From Azolla caroliniana (Eukaryota; Plantae; Polypodiophyta): a DNA stretch of 64,000 bases. The stretch lies in the NCBI GenBank assembly GCA_043228905.1, contig JBHGNT010000004.1, positions 11,098,001 to 11,162,000 of the forward strand, read 5' to 3'. The notes beneath the pieces are model-generated. The model was not told where the DNA came from. It saw only the letters and a list, made by a program, of their open reading frames with translations, and ran no database searches. How positions within the stretch are numbered: position 1 is the stretch's first letter; the number at the start of each line of letters is the position of its first letter. The position numbers and the translations under genes are program-made. This document shows positions 38,396 through 48,848 of the stretch, one piece after another.

Positions 38396-38407
38396 AAATT
38401 GGTTCAA
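38396..38407 (-). promoter_or_regulatory. Self-priming type PBS
   Basis: Minus-strand TTGAACCAATTT 2 nt after the 5' LTR; no TGG; complementary to AAATTGGTTCAA in the LTR (38608-38619), 33 nt downstream of TATAAAA. Confidence 0.8.
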
Positions 38408-38766
38408 ACTGTCAGGAATAGTACTAAAGCAGAGATGGAATTAGTACTAAGAAGAGTAGTACTATTAGTACTAAGAAGACAGGACTGCGTAAGATTCCCG
38501 AGAGAGAGGAAGTGAGAAGAGGAGAGAGAGAGAAATAGAATGATGACAGCAGCTCTTATATTATATGAAAGATAAGTACAAATCGGCTAAGAGGCTTAAG
38601 ACTGGTGTTGAACCAATTTGGTTCAACATAATGCTTAGTGCCTTCTTTTATAGTGTTCTCAGGAATAATCCTGAAGCTTCTAGAATGTTCCAGAGAAATC
38701 TGGAATATACATTACTTTCTTATAATAAAACATAAATGAAAATAATATTCTATGAATTACAATAGA

Positions 38767-38831
38767 TGGTGAGATGGTTAAGAGCTCGACCCATATACCA
38801 TAAGGTCATGGGTTCGAGTCTTGCCATCTCA
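38767..38831 (+). promoter_or_regulatory. tRNA-derived A/B-box hairpin module at U3 tip of the 5' LTR
   Basis: A box 38767-38777, B box 38811-38820, same sequence as the 3' LTR copy. Confidence 0.7.
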
Positions 38832-41800
38832 TGACAGGTTCGAGCGGTAGTACGGGCTGGTGCGACATCCTAGCTTGTTCCGTTGGCTGGCCCATTGGCT
38901 CGCATAGATCACACTCTTTTGCGTACTGGACTGCGTCATTCAATGTAGTCGGCCACCATAGGCCACTTTGCCATATCTTCCTTGCCGTAGCATCCCCGGC
39001 ATAATGGCCTCCAGCAACTCTGCAATGTGCTTCTCATAGTATTACCTCTTTCTCGTCGTTGCGCACCGCTCGTCGCCATATACGGTCCGCACCTTTGTGG
39101 TATAGCGTGTCCCGTAATAAACAGAAGTGCCAGCTTTGTACCGTCAAGCGTTTCCGCTCGTCCCGGTTCATCTCCTCCAAAGGCAATCCGGTGCTCAAAA
39201 ATTGGTGCATATTTGTTAGCCACTTATCTTCTGGTGCCACCGTTTCATCTATTGTCGTTTCCACGGTGACTCGAAATAGCTCAGCATCCGGAAACTCGTC
39301 CAGTACTCCGTTGCCGTTTTCACCAGAATCTAACCGGCTTAAATAATCTGCTACTGCATGTTGTATGCCGGGTCGGTGGAATATCTCGAATTCGAATTCC
39401 TGTAATAGCAAATTCCACCGGGCCAACTTACCGGTAAGTGACGCTTTGGACACTAGGTAGAGAAGTGTCGAATGATCTACATGGAAGGAAAACTTTCTTC
39501 CCAATAAATAGTGCCTGAATTTTGTTACACTGTAGATCATGCCTAAAGCTTCCCTTTCCATGGTGGAGTAATTTCGTTCGGCTTGGGATAACTTCTGGCT
39601 TGCGTAATATACAGGTCAATACCATTTTGGCTCCGTAAGTTGCATCAGCGCACTCCCGATTGAAATGTCGGACGCATCCACGAACACATGAAATTCCTTC
39701 GCCCAATCCGGGGGTTGCACTACCGGCGCTTGCGACAATAGAACTTTGAGTGCCCGGTACGCCTTGTCTTCGGTGTCGGTCCATTGGAACAGTGTTCGGT
39801 GTACCGCAACATGCAATGGTGTAGCTAGGTCCGCCAAATACCGGAGCATTCGGCTATGCCAACGGATTTGGCCTAAGAAACGGCTCAATGCCTTTGCCGT
39901 TTTTGGTGCCGGTGCCTCCAGGATTGCTCTTACTTTGTCTGGATCCATGGCGATGCCCTCCTTGCTCACAATGTGCCCCAGTAGCGTTCCGCTGGACACG
40001 CCGAATACACACTTCGTCGGATTCAGGCTTAGTAGGTAAGCCCTACACTTTTCTAGACATAGTCGGAGGTGTTGAAGGTGGTCTCCTTCCCGGCTGTAAA
40101 CGGCGAAGTCGTCGAGGAACACCTGCATGAACATCGGTATGAATTCTCCGAATATTTCCATGATGATCCTCTGGAACGTTGCCGACGCCGTTTTTAGTCC
40201 GAACATCATCACCACGGCAACAAACACTCCCCATTCAGTGACGAAAACCGTTTTCTCCTGGTCATCGGGGTGCATCCGGATCTGGTTGTATCCGTTGAAT
40301 CCGTCTAAAAAACTGTATACCTCATGGCCGGCGACTGCATCCAAAACTCCATCCATAAATGGAAGTGGAAATGCATCAGTTACCGTCGCCGCATTAAGCT
40401 TCCAGTAGTCGACACATACTCTAATTTTGCCGTTTTTCTTTGGTACGACTACTATCGGGCTCATCCATGTAGATTTCTTTACGGGACGGATAAAGCCAAC
40501 CCTCAGCAACTTGTCGATTTCTTCCTTGACTTTGGCGGCGTAGTTTGGATTCATCCGGTACCATTGTTGTGCTACCGGTTTGGCGTCTTTGCTCAAATGT
40601 ATCTGGTGTTGATATAGCTGAGGATCGAGCCCTCTCATATCCTCGTAGGACCAGGAAAACACGTCCCGAAACTCTTTGAGAAGTGTAATCATCGTCATTC
40701 TGTTCTCCGTAGTCATTTCCTTGGCTATCTGCACCGGTCTCGCCTCTTCCGTAGTTCCTAGATTGACCTCCTCTAGTTGGGATGCTTTAACCCGTTGCGA
40801 TACGGCCATTTCTCTTTCCAGTGCTTCTTGTGCTTGCCGTAGCTCCCGGATTGTTTCTTTATTTGGTTCTTCGTCCGCTCCGTCTGGTGGCAGTATGTAT
40901 GGTGATATGGCTTCAGCTACATCGATTTCAAACAAAGGTACTATCTTTGGATTATCTTGCAAGTATTGATCCACCTCTTCGTCTGCTAATCCGTCCAGCA
41001 TATTGACACATTCGGCATATAGGGGTGTCAATTCCTTCTCGGTACCCGTCCGTGGTTGCGTCGGTACCCGTACTTTTGCTTTTCCCCGCCGGAAGGTGAT
41101 TATATTCTTTCTCTAGTTTTGTTTAATGTGCACCGTTTTTAGCCACGGGCGCCCCAACAATAGCGGGTAAGCTCCTTGTGCTTGTAATTGTAGCACTACT
41201 GCCGAGATGCGAAATGTGTGGCCGCCGATTGTTACTTCCAAATCTCGTATCAAGCCGGTCGGTCGCACTGAGCTTGTATCCGCCATCCGTAGCCAGAACA
41301 GGCATGGTTCCCACTCTTGGATTCCCAAGGTTGTGCATGTTCGAAGGCTAATCACATTGACGCTGGATCCTCCATCTATTACTGTTCCGGGTAACTCTTT
41401 TCCCTTCATGATGGTCGTGATCGCCGGACTATTTGTGTCTACCACTGCCAGTCCCTCCTTCGGATTTGAGAAGAATGTTGGTGCCGGTGGTGTTTCTCCT
41501 GCCGTCATGCCTGTCTTGAGTCCTTCTGTGAACCTGGGCACTAGTTGCAGGAGCCGTCCTAGCGGCAGCATGATTTGGCACTCTTGCAATGCCTGCCATG
41601 TCGCGTTTTCGGTTTGACTGCCGTCGGCGAGCTCTTCGGTGTTCTCCTTTTGCTGCGCAAGTTCTGCTACGTTTCGCTCATTTGCCTTTTTCACCCATTC
41701 CGTTGCCTGCTTCCGGATGGCCTCTTGTGTCTCCCATTCCGTTGTCTTGCCCTTCGACCTTGTGGTAACCTGCTGCAGGTCGGCGACTTCGGCGACTACC

Positions 41801-44800
41801 ATGTTTACTGCCGGTCGCTTGTCATAGCTCTTTGCCGGACATTGATTACTATAATGTCCTTCTTGCCGGCAATAATAGCAATATGCTTTCCGGGTATTGC
41901 TGGATTCGGCATTGTTTCCTGTACCCGGTGGAGGACCCGTGGTAACCGCGGGGCTTTGGTCCAATTGGCTGCTTGAGGCACCTTTTTCCGGTCCACGTGG
42001 GTGGCTCCCTTTTTTGAAATGTTGTTTTTTATTAAAGTTCTTTTTGTTGCGGTACCCTTGACGGGGTTGGTCGTCATATCTCCCGTAATCTTCCCGTCGT
42101 TGGTGATACCCGGGGGAGTGATCCCGGTTGTGATGCTCGTACCGTCCGTTGTAGTCTCCGTACCTGTCATATCTCTTGTACCGGTCATAGTTCTCTCGCC
42201 GATTGTCGTACCGGACATCCTATGTTGGTCGATATTGCTCCTCTCGCCGCCAGCGTTCGTCTTCTTCGTCTCGGCTGCTACGTGGCTTGATTTTCCGGAC
42301 TGGTGGTGCTTGCCGATTCAATAAGTTATATTCGCACCGGTCCATCGTGTGGCTCATAGATTGGCAGAGTAAGCAGTGCGTCCGCATGGTGCACTCCAGT
42401 GATGAGTGTCCGGAATTCAAGCAGGTCGTGCATTGGATTGCTTGCCGGAACCGGAGATCCTCATCGGTTGGTAACGCTCGTTGGAGGGCTCCCATTGTTA
42501 GCCAAGAGCTCGTTTTCTCCATTTCTCTAACCCGATCGATGACCTAGTCAATGGTGCTTGTGCGAAAGTCGATGACCGTGCATACCATTCGTAGAGGTTC
42601 CCGGAGCGCGGCTAAAAATATAGCCCCTGTTTCTTCCTCCGGAGGTGCGCGGGTAAGCTGATTGTGCATCAGTTGAAACCGGATGACAAACTACGGAATG
42701 CTCTCCCCGAGGTCTTTCCGGATGGTATAAAACAGGCCCACCATTTCTCTCTGGTACACCTCCTTCTGAAAGAAGTGCAAGAATTTATCTTTCAGGTCCG
42801 CAAAGGTGGTGATGGTGCTGGGGTCCTACGTCCGGTGCCATCTGGCGGCCTGTCCTTCCAATGTCACGCCGAATTCGGCTATCTTAGATCGTTCCTCTTT
42901 GGCCGCGGTTAACCGTTGTGACACATGGTTCGCCTCCCATGTTTGTTGAAACACGTGAACATGAGCCTCCGCGTCCGGGTCATCCCTATACTTGGAGTAC
43001 TGGAACGACATGTCGTCGTCCGGTGTCGGTACGCGGGCTTGCAGTGTCGGTGGTCTTTCCTGTTGTTCCGTTGGCATCGGAGGTCTTTGCCGGTCTTGCT
43101 TTGGTGTTGCCGGCTCGACTTCCGGTGTCGGAGGTCGTTCTTTGTCTTCTTCCGTCTCCGGAGGTTGCTCCACGTCTAGTGTCAGGGGTTCCTGGTCTGA
43201 CAACTCTGGTTCCGGTGTCGGTAATGTATCCGACTCCTCGTCTTCCGGTCCTCCTGGGGTGTCGTTACTGTTGCGATAGTTCATGTGCGCATTGTAACTC
43301 CCTTCCGAATCCGATTCCAACGCTGAAAATGCTTCGGATTCTCCGTCTCTTCCGGCCAAGGCCTGGAGAAGGGATTCCGCTTCCCGGAGGCTGCTTAAGC
43401 TGCTTCCTTCGTCCGGGTAGGCGTCATGTTGCAAACGGAGCGATTCCTCCGCCACTTTCTGGATCACTTTGGAAAATGATCGATCCGATCAGATTTCTTC
43501 CACTGCTTGTTGGAAAGCCTCCCACCGCCTTCGCCGTTCAGCAAGTCTTCGTGCTCTCTCTGTAACCGGGTCGTCTGTTGGCCTAGTCATCCATTCCCGC
43601 CGCTGTTCACTGCGATTGTGCAAGAATCGTGGTCGCCAAAAACTGTGTTAATCCTAGGGCCGGACAACAACCTAACACAAGGTGTCCACTTAAGACACTT
43701 CACCAAAGGGTGTTACGACAAGATGACTTACGGCACAACTCTTAATTAAACCTTAATCGATTACTTAGCAACACGCCATTAACACGGGTAAGATATAACA
43801 ATGAGTACAGAACAGTAATCAATACTAAAAGATTAAGGCAATAAGTTCTATTAATTATCCGTTGTCGATTACATTGTAACCAGGCCTTTATATAGGTCTC
43901 CGGTGCGAAGTAAAAAACGGTGCCAACCGGCACCTTTTCGGGATCGGTCCGGATCCGGATCGGCATACCGATTCCGGTCCGTCCGCCCACATCCTCTCAT
44001 ATATTAATATATATTAAGACTACAAAGTACAACAGTTCTTGAATAAACTATTCCTTTCACACTCTGGTTTGGACCTCCTTAAGCCTTCTTGCCATCCGGG
44101 TAACATCTGGATGGATGTCATCTTTACTACCAGGGAAAAGATCTCATCGAAGACCACTCCTTTCTTCTGTTGGAAGCCCTTCACCATGATTTGGGCCTTA
44201 TACCTTGGTGGATTTCCGACATCTCCCAGTTTCAGCTTGTACACCCACTTGTTTCAGAGTGCTCTCTTCCCTTTCGGCAACTCCATCAATTCATATGTGT
44301 GGTTCTCATGCAAGGAATCCATCTCATCCTGCATAGCACTTAACCACTTGTGGTTGTGGGTGTCTCTCTTTGCTTCTTCGAAGCTTTCCAGCTCCCCCTC
44401 ATCGGTTAGCAACACATGCTCTGCATCCGGAAATCTCTTGGGGGCTCTTCTTTCTCGGAGAGGATATCTCTGTCCTTGGCTTCTGACCACCAGTTCCTCC
44501 GTTTGTTCCTCATCCTCATCTGATTCGGGATCTTGTCCGGTTCCAGTGTCTTCTTCTTCTTCTTCTTCGGTTGGTTCGGTTTCCTATCTGTATCCGTCCG
44601 GTTCATCGAGTATCATCTGGTTAATGGCTAACATCCAGTTTTCATCCGGGTATATCCTTTTGTCCTCAAGACAGTTTTCATTGGATGATCCGGATTTCAT
44701 CACCTTCTTCTCCGACTCCCAATTGGCAATGGTCCTGTCTTCCATGAAGATTATGTTCTGACTCTGGAACACCTTTTTGTCGACCAGATCCCACACCCCG

Positions 44801-46487
44801 TAACCGAACTCATCATCGTTGTATCCAAGGAATATGCATGGCCTGAACTTCGGATCCAACTTTGCTCTATTGTCCTTCGCCACATGCACGTATGCGAGAC
44901 ACCCAAACACCTTCAGATTCCGGTAAGAGACATCTTTACCGGTCCATAATTTTTGAGGTGAGTCTCCTCCCAAGGGTATTGAGGGTGATCTGTTTATCAC
45001 ATAGGTCGTCGTCGTCAACGCCTCAGCCCAAAATGTCTTCAGTAACTTGGCATGTGTGGGCATGCTTTGGACTCTCTCCATTATGCTCTGATTCATCCGT
45101 TTGGCCAGCCCATTCAATTCCAATGTCTTCAGCATGGTAAATTCGAGCTGGATTCCCTTTGACTACTAGTACTCCTCGAACTTCCCCCGGTATTCTCCTC
45201 CGTTATCTGCTTGAACCGCCTTCAGCTTCCGGCCGGTTTCTCTTTCCACTCTCATGTGGAGCTCCTTGAAGATGGATAGCACCTGATCCTTCGTCTTCAA
45301 TGGTGAGGCCCAGAGCTTCCGGCTATGGTCATCTATGAACGTCACGAAGTATTGCGATCCGGCATGTGACTTCATGTCCACTTGACACACATCGGTATGC
45401 ACCGGCTCAAGTGGTGCATTCTGTCTCATCGGTGGTCTTGACCGAAAGGAGGTTCGGTCTTGCTTGCCCGCCAAGCAATTGGTGCACTTCTCAAGTTGCA
45501 CGTCCTTCACCAGAATGAGTTTGTCTTCGGCAAGCCTTCTCATCCCCTTCTCACTCATGTGACATAGTCTTTTGTGCCACAGCTCACCGGCAGTGTCGGA
45601 TGCTACGTTCACTTCTTCCCGGAATATCCGAGCATACATCAGGTACAATGTGTTGACCTTCCGGGCTCGGGCCACTATTAGGCTCCCTTTGCTGAACTTC
45701 ATGACTCCATTCCGGATGCTACCCGTGTAGCCTTCATCATCTAGCCGACCGGCTGATATCAGGTTCAGTCGAACTACCGGAACGTGTCAGACATCCTTCA
45801 GTAGTATTTTGCATCCGGTTGATGTCGTCAACAACACATCTCCTATGCCAATAATTCAGCATGTACCTTCATTCCCATCCAGACACAACCATGATCATTG
45901 ACTGTGTAGGATGAGAGGCCTTTCTGATCCGGTGTCAAGTGGAACGACGCTCCGGAATCGACAACCCACGTTGTCTCATCACTGACAAGGTTTAACTCAT
46001 TCTCTTCGGTAATGAGCATCAGCTCTTCTTCACTTATCATGATCGTCGACATTCTCTTCTGATCCGGGCCTCTCCAGTCCGAACCGTTTCGGTTCGAACT
46101 CTTCTTCGAATCGGTAGTGCCGATTTCCTTCTCTTTCCAAAAATGCCGTTAGTTCTTCTGGAAGTGTCCCGGCTTCTCGCAATAGAAGCATGTGGGCCTC
46201 CCCCTTGACTTTGACCTCGTCCCCGATTTGTCCCGGTTTTGGGGACTCCGATACCGGCCTCTTCCCCGGTTGTGGTCATCTTCTGTGACCAAGACCTTCG
46301 GATCGGTTTCGAACTCCTGGTCCTTCCGGCAAGCTTCTTCATCTAGCAAGCTTGATTTTACCCTTGCTAGGGACAACTATTTTCCTTCCGGCCCGGCATT
46401 GCCCAACGTGACAACTAATGTCTACCAACTATCTGGGAGGGAACCGAGCAAGAGCAGTGCTAGTACCTCATCGGTGAGAGGTACTTC

Positions 46488-47250
46488 TATTGGGAGACAG
46501 GTCCCTCCGGATGGGAAAGGAGAAGAACAGTGCTGATGAACAAACTCGGCCGAGGCCGAAACCGTATGACGAGTACCCGACTACGGAGAGCCGGATGGTG
46601 CAGACCCGGTGAAGACCGGATGAGGAGTACCCAACTACGGAGAGCCGGATGGTGCTGACCCGGTGCTGACCGGATGAGGAGTACCCGGCCACGGAGAGCC
46701 GGATGGTGCAGACCCGGTGAAGACCGGATGAGGAGTACCCAGCTACGGAGAGCCGGATGGTGCAGACCCGGTGAGAAGTGCTCACCGGATGAAGAGACAT
46801 ATTCGTAAATATGTTTCTGAGAGTCCATCGAGGCTATATTTGTAAATAGCCGAAAAGTCATATTAGTATAAATATAACTTAGGGCAAACTTTTAGATTAC
46901 TGTTGTTGTCATATTCTTGTTGGTGCAAGGACAGAGTGAACGCGTAATTGTGTACAGAGAGAGAGAGAGAGAGAGAAAGAGGTCGTTGCCTCTATTGTAA
47001 CCACCGCCTATGGCGAAGATCGTGAGCACGAGGTCGTTGCCTCCGTGAACTCACTGTTGTACATTCTAGCATAGTGATAGTTTGCAACCTGTGGGCTACC
47101 GTGGTTTTTCCCTTGGTTTGGGTTTTCCACGTAAACATCTTGTGTACCCTCCTCTTCTTTGTGTCGTGTTTTATTTCCCATTTTCTGTGTATGACTCTAA
47201 GCTCGGTTGTGGCCGAGCGTTGCGCATAAGGAGCGTTTCAGTTCCCGTCA
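46488..47250 (+). mobile_element. Solo LTR related to E5, opposite orientation, in E5 gag
   Basis: TSD ACTTC (46483-46487/47251-47255); starts TATTGGGAGACAGGTCCCTCCGG (cf. E5 TGTTGGGAAATCGGTCCCTCCGG); ends CA. Confidence 0.9.
46571..46773. repeat. 54-bp tandem repeat, ~3.8 copies, in U3 of the solo LTR
   Basis: gagtaccc...ccggatgag units at 46571, 46625, 46679, 46733. Confidence 0.93.
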
Positions 47251-48744
47251 ACTTCCAACGAGGTTGCTTGGTGTATCAGCCCTTGGAAGGCATTCATGTG
47301 CTCTGCCATACTAGAGCCGTCCTGGTACCGGAGCCTCACTAGCTTCCGGAATATCGAAACCCGATTAACGACATTCTTGTTCTGGAACATGATGTTGATC
47401 TTCTCCCAGAGTTCATGAGCCTTGCTCTCTTCATTGAAGTTGTTGTATAGGCTCATGTCGATGAAGCACCGGATGTATGTCGTCGTCTTCATGTGCATCA
47501 CCTCCCACATTGTGGCGTCGATCTTATCCAGTCTCTTGTCCCCGAACTGAATCGGCAACCAAAGATCTTTGACCACCAGCATATCCCTCATCTTCGACTT
47601 CCACACTGAGTAGTTGGAGCCAGTGAGCTTGAACATGTCAAACGATTCTTCCATTTTCTGTGTTGTTCGCTCTGATACCAGATTGTAGAGAATCACGGAA
47701 TATTGCTCAGCCACAACCGAGTCTTGAATCACAAAAATGGGAATGAAAGAAAGGAGTACACAGAAATGACACATGATGTTTACGTGGAAAACCCTAATAG
47801 GTAAAAACCACAAGAGCCCACAGACTCCGAACTATCACTATGATGAGAAGGGGTACAATTAGAGACTCGGAGGCAATGACCTTGAGCTCTATTTCTTCGC
47901 CCAGTGGCGGTTACAACAGAGTATCACTATGTATCTCTCTCTCCCTCTCTCTTTTTCGCTCTCTATACAACAGTTACAACTACTCTTACAACAATATGAC
48001 AATAACAAAACTACACAAAGTGATTGCCCTAGGTCATATTTATACTTATATGAACTTAGGGCTATTTACGAATATAGCCTCAATAGGCTTACTCAAGACA
48101 TATTTACAAATATGTCTTCTCTTCCGGTTCTCACCGACTCTCCTCCAATTCTCACCGGGTCTCCTCCGGATCTCTTTCGGCTCTCACCGGGTCCTCTTCA
48201 TTCATCACCGGATCCCAACCGTAGGGACCGATTTCCCAACAATTAGTACCTAATTATGTGATTAAGCTAAGCGAAAGATTATATGATATATGTGTATATG
48301 TGTGTGAGAGGAAGAGAGGGAGAAGTACACTTATGAACAACACAAAATGGGGGATGATTAACTATATTAAAAAGCATCATCAAATACAAAAATACCCACA
48401 ATGAGGTATACATAGATCTCGTGTGCAAGGGTGCATATGTGTGAAGGAATATAGGTACAAGGGTGTAAATCCTATATTAAATGTACTTGGGAGTGGAGGA
48501 TCTAGAATATCCCTCTTAAGTACAAGGTTCTATTTAAGGCATTATATTCTAACTAGATTCTATCTAGGTAACTACAAAGTTACATGGTTGCCTAACTAAC
48601 TAAACTAAGTTGAGCTTGATCTCTCAACAAAACATGGAAACTTCTACATAGTGCCTGAAGATGTATTCTCTAGAAGTTTCTTGAAAGTTCTAGTGATTAA
48701 CCTACAATGTAATAAGTTGAATCTTATACAATACAATAATGCAT

Positions 48745-48820
48745 CGATGGGTGTAGCTCAACTAGTAAGGTTTCCCAATAAGACTAGGAGGACATGGGTT
48801 TAACCCGCTACATTCCATCG
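48745..48820 (+). promoter_or_regulatory. tRNA-derived A/B-box module in solo LTR B
   Basis: A box TAGCTCAACTAG from 48754, B box GGTTTAACCC 48797-48806 (45-nt spacing), closed by inverted repeat CGATGGGTGTAGC/GCTACATTCCATCG. Confidence 0.6.
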
Positions 48821-48848
48821 TGTCTATGACATATACCTGTATTCGACA

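Larger units (their letters stand above)
33177..38836 (-). mobile_element. Intact chromovirus (Tcn1/Tf1-sushi-like Ty3/gypsy), family A
   Basis: 427-bp LTRs 33177-33603 and 38410-38836 with no differences seen; TSD GGTTC (33172-33176/38837-38841); PPT AAGGGGGAGATAG next to the 3' LTR; uninterrupted gag and pol. Confidence 0.98.
28232..44105 (-). mobile_element. Ty3/gypsy non-chromovirus element E6 with extra 3' ORF region
   Basis: LTRs 28232-28691 and 43646-44105; TSD TCCGG/TCTGG; PBS TGGCGACCACG (43628-43638, tRNA-Arg-like); gag 43467-41800 with CCHC, PR (IDGGS), RT 39616-41031 (FLDDF), RH 39034-39561, INT split by the chromovirus, GPY at ~32410. Confidence 0.95.
25667..48241 (-). mobile_element. 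Degenerate Ty1/copia element E5 inserted in the 5' LTR of E4
   Basis: LTRs 25667-26228 and 47684-48241; TSD ATTAG (25662-25666/48242-48246); PBS 47669-47680; PPT from 26229; gag-pol pieces 47655-44110 and 28226-26260 (VVDSGAS, HTDVC, YVDD, FTDSD). Confidence 0.93.
21411..48629 (-). mobile_element. Internally deleted Ty1/copia element E4 (gag-PR-INT, no RT/RH)
   Basis: TSD AAACA (21406-21410/48630-48634); 3' LTR 21411-21837; PPT 21838-21849; 5' LTR split (25208/25631... + 48247-48629); PBS at ~25190-25207; ORFs 24390-25058, 24182-24487, 22397-24124. Confidence 0.9.
21197..48831 (-). mobile_element. Solo LTR, chromovirus-like family B (21197-21410 + 48635-48831, ~411 bp), split by element E4
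   Basis: TSD TATAC (21192-21196/48832-48836); ends TATCA (from TGTCA)...TGACA; shares architecture with the chromovirus LTR (GA-rich block, ACTGGTGTTG, central palindrome, TATA, tRNA-like tip). Confidence 0.8.
12215..48848 (-). mobile_element. Truncated Ty1/copia host element 'H' (5' LTR, PBS, leader, gag), split by later insertions
   Basis: 5' LTR = 20872-21196 + 48837-48848 (homologous to LTR 59667-60014); PBS 20858-20869; gag from ATG ~20270 through 20045, continuing 12928-12215 with a CCHC-like knuckle; breaks near the protease start. 3' half not found. Confidence 0.8.

Noticed and set aside
38837-38846. Chromovirus targeting a B-box-like site (GGTTCGAGC)
   Set aside because: It is ordinary integrase coding sequence of E6, and the two solo-LTR sites (AACGC, TATAC) show no such motif.
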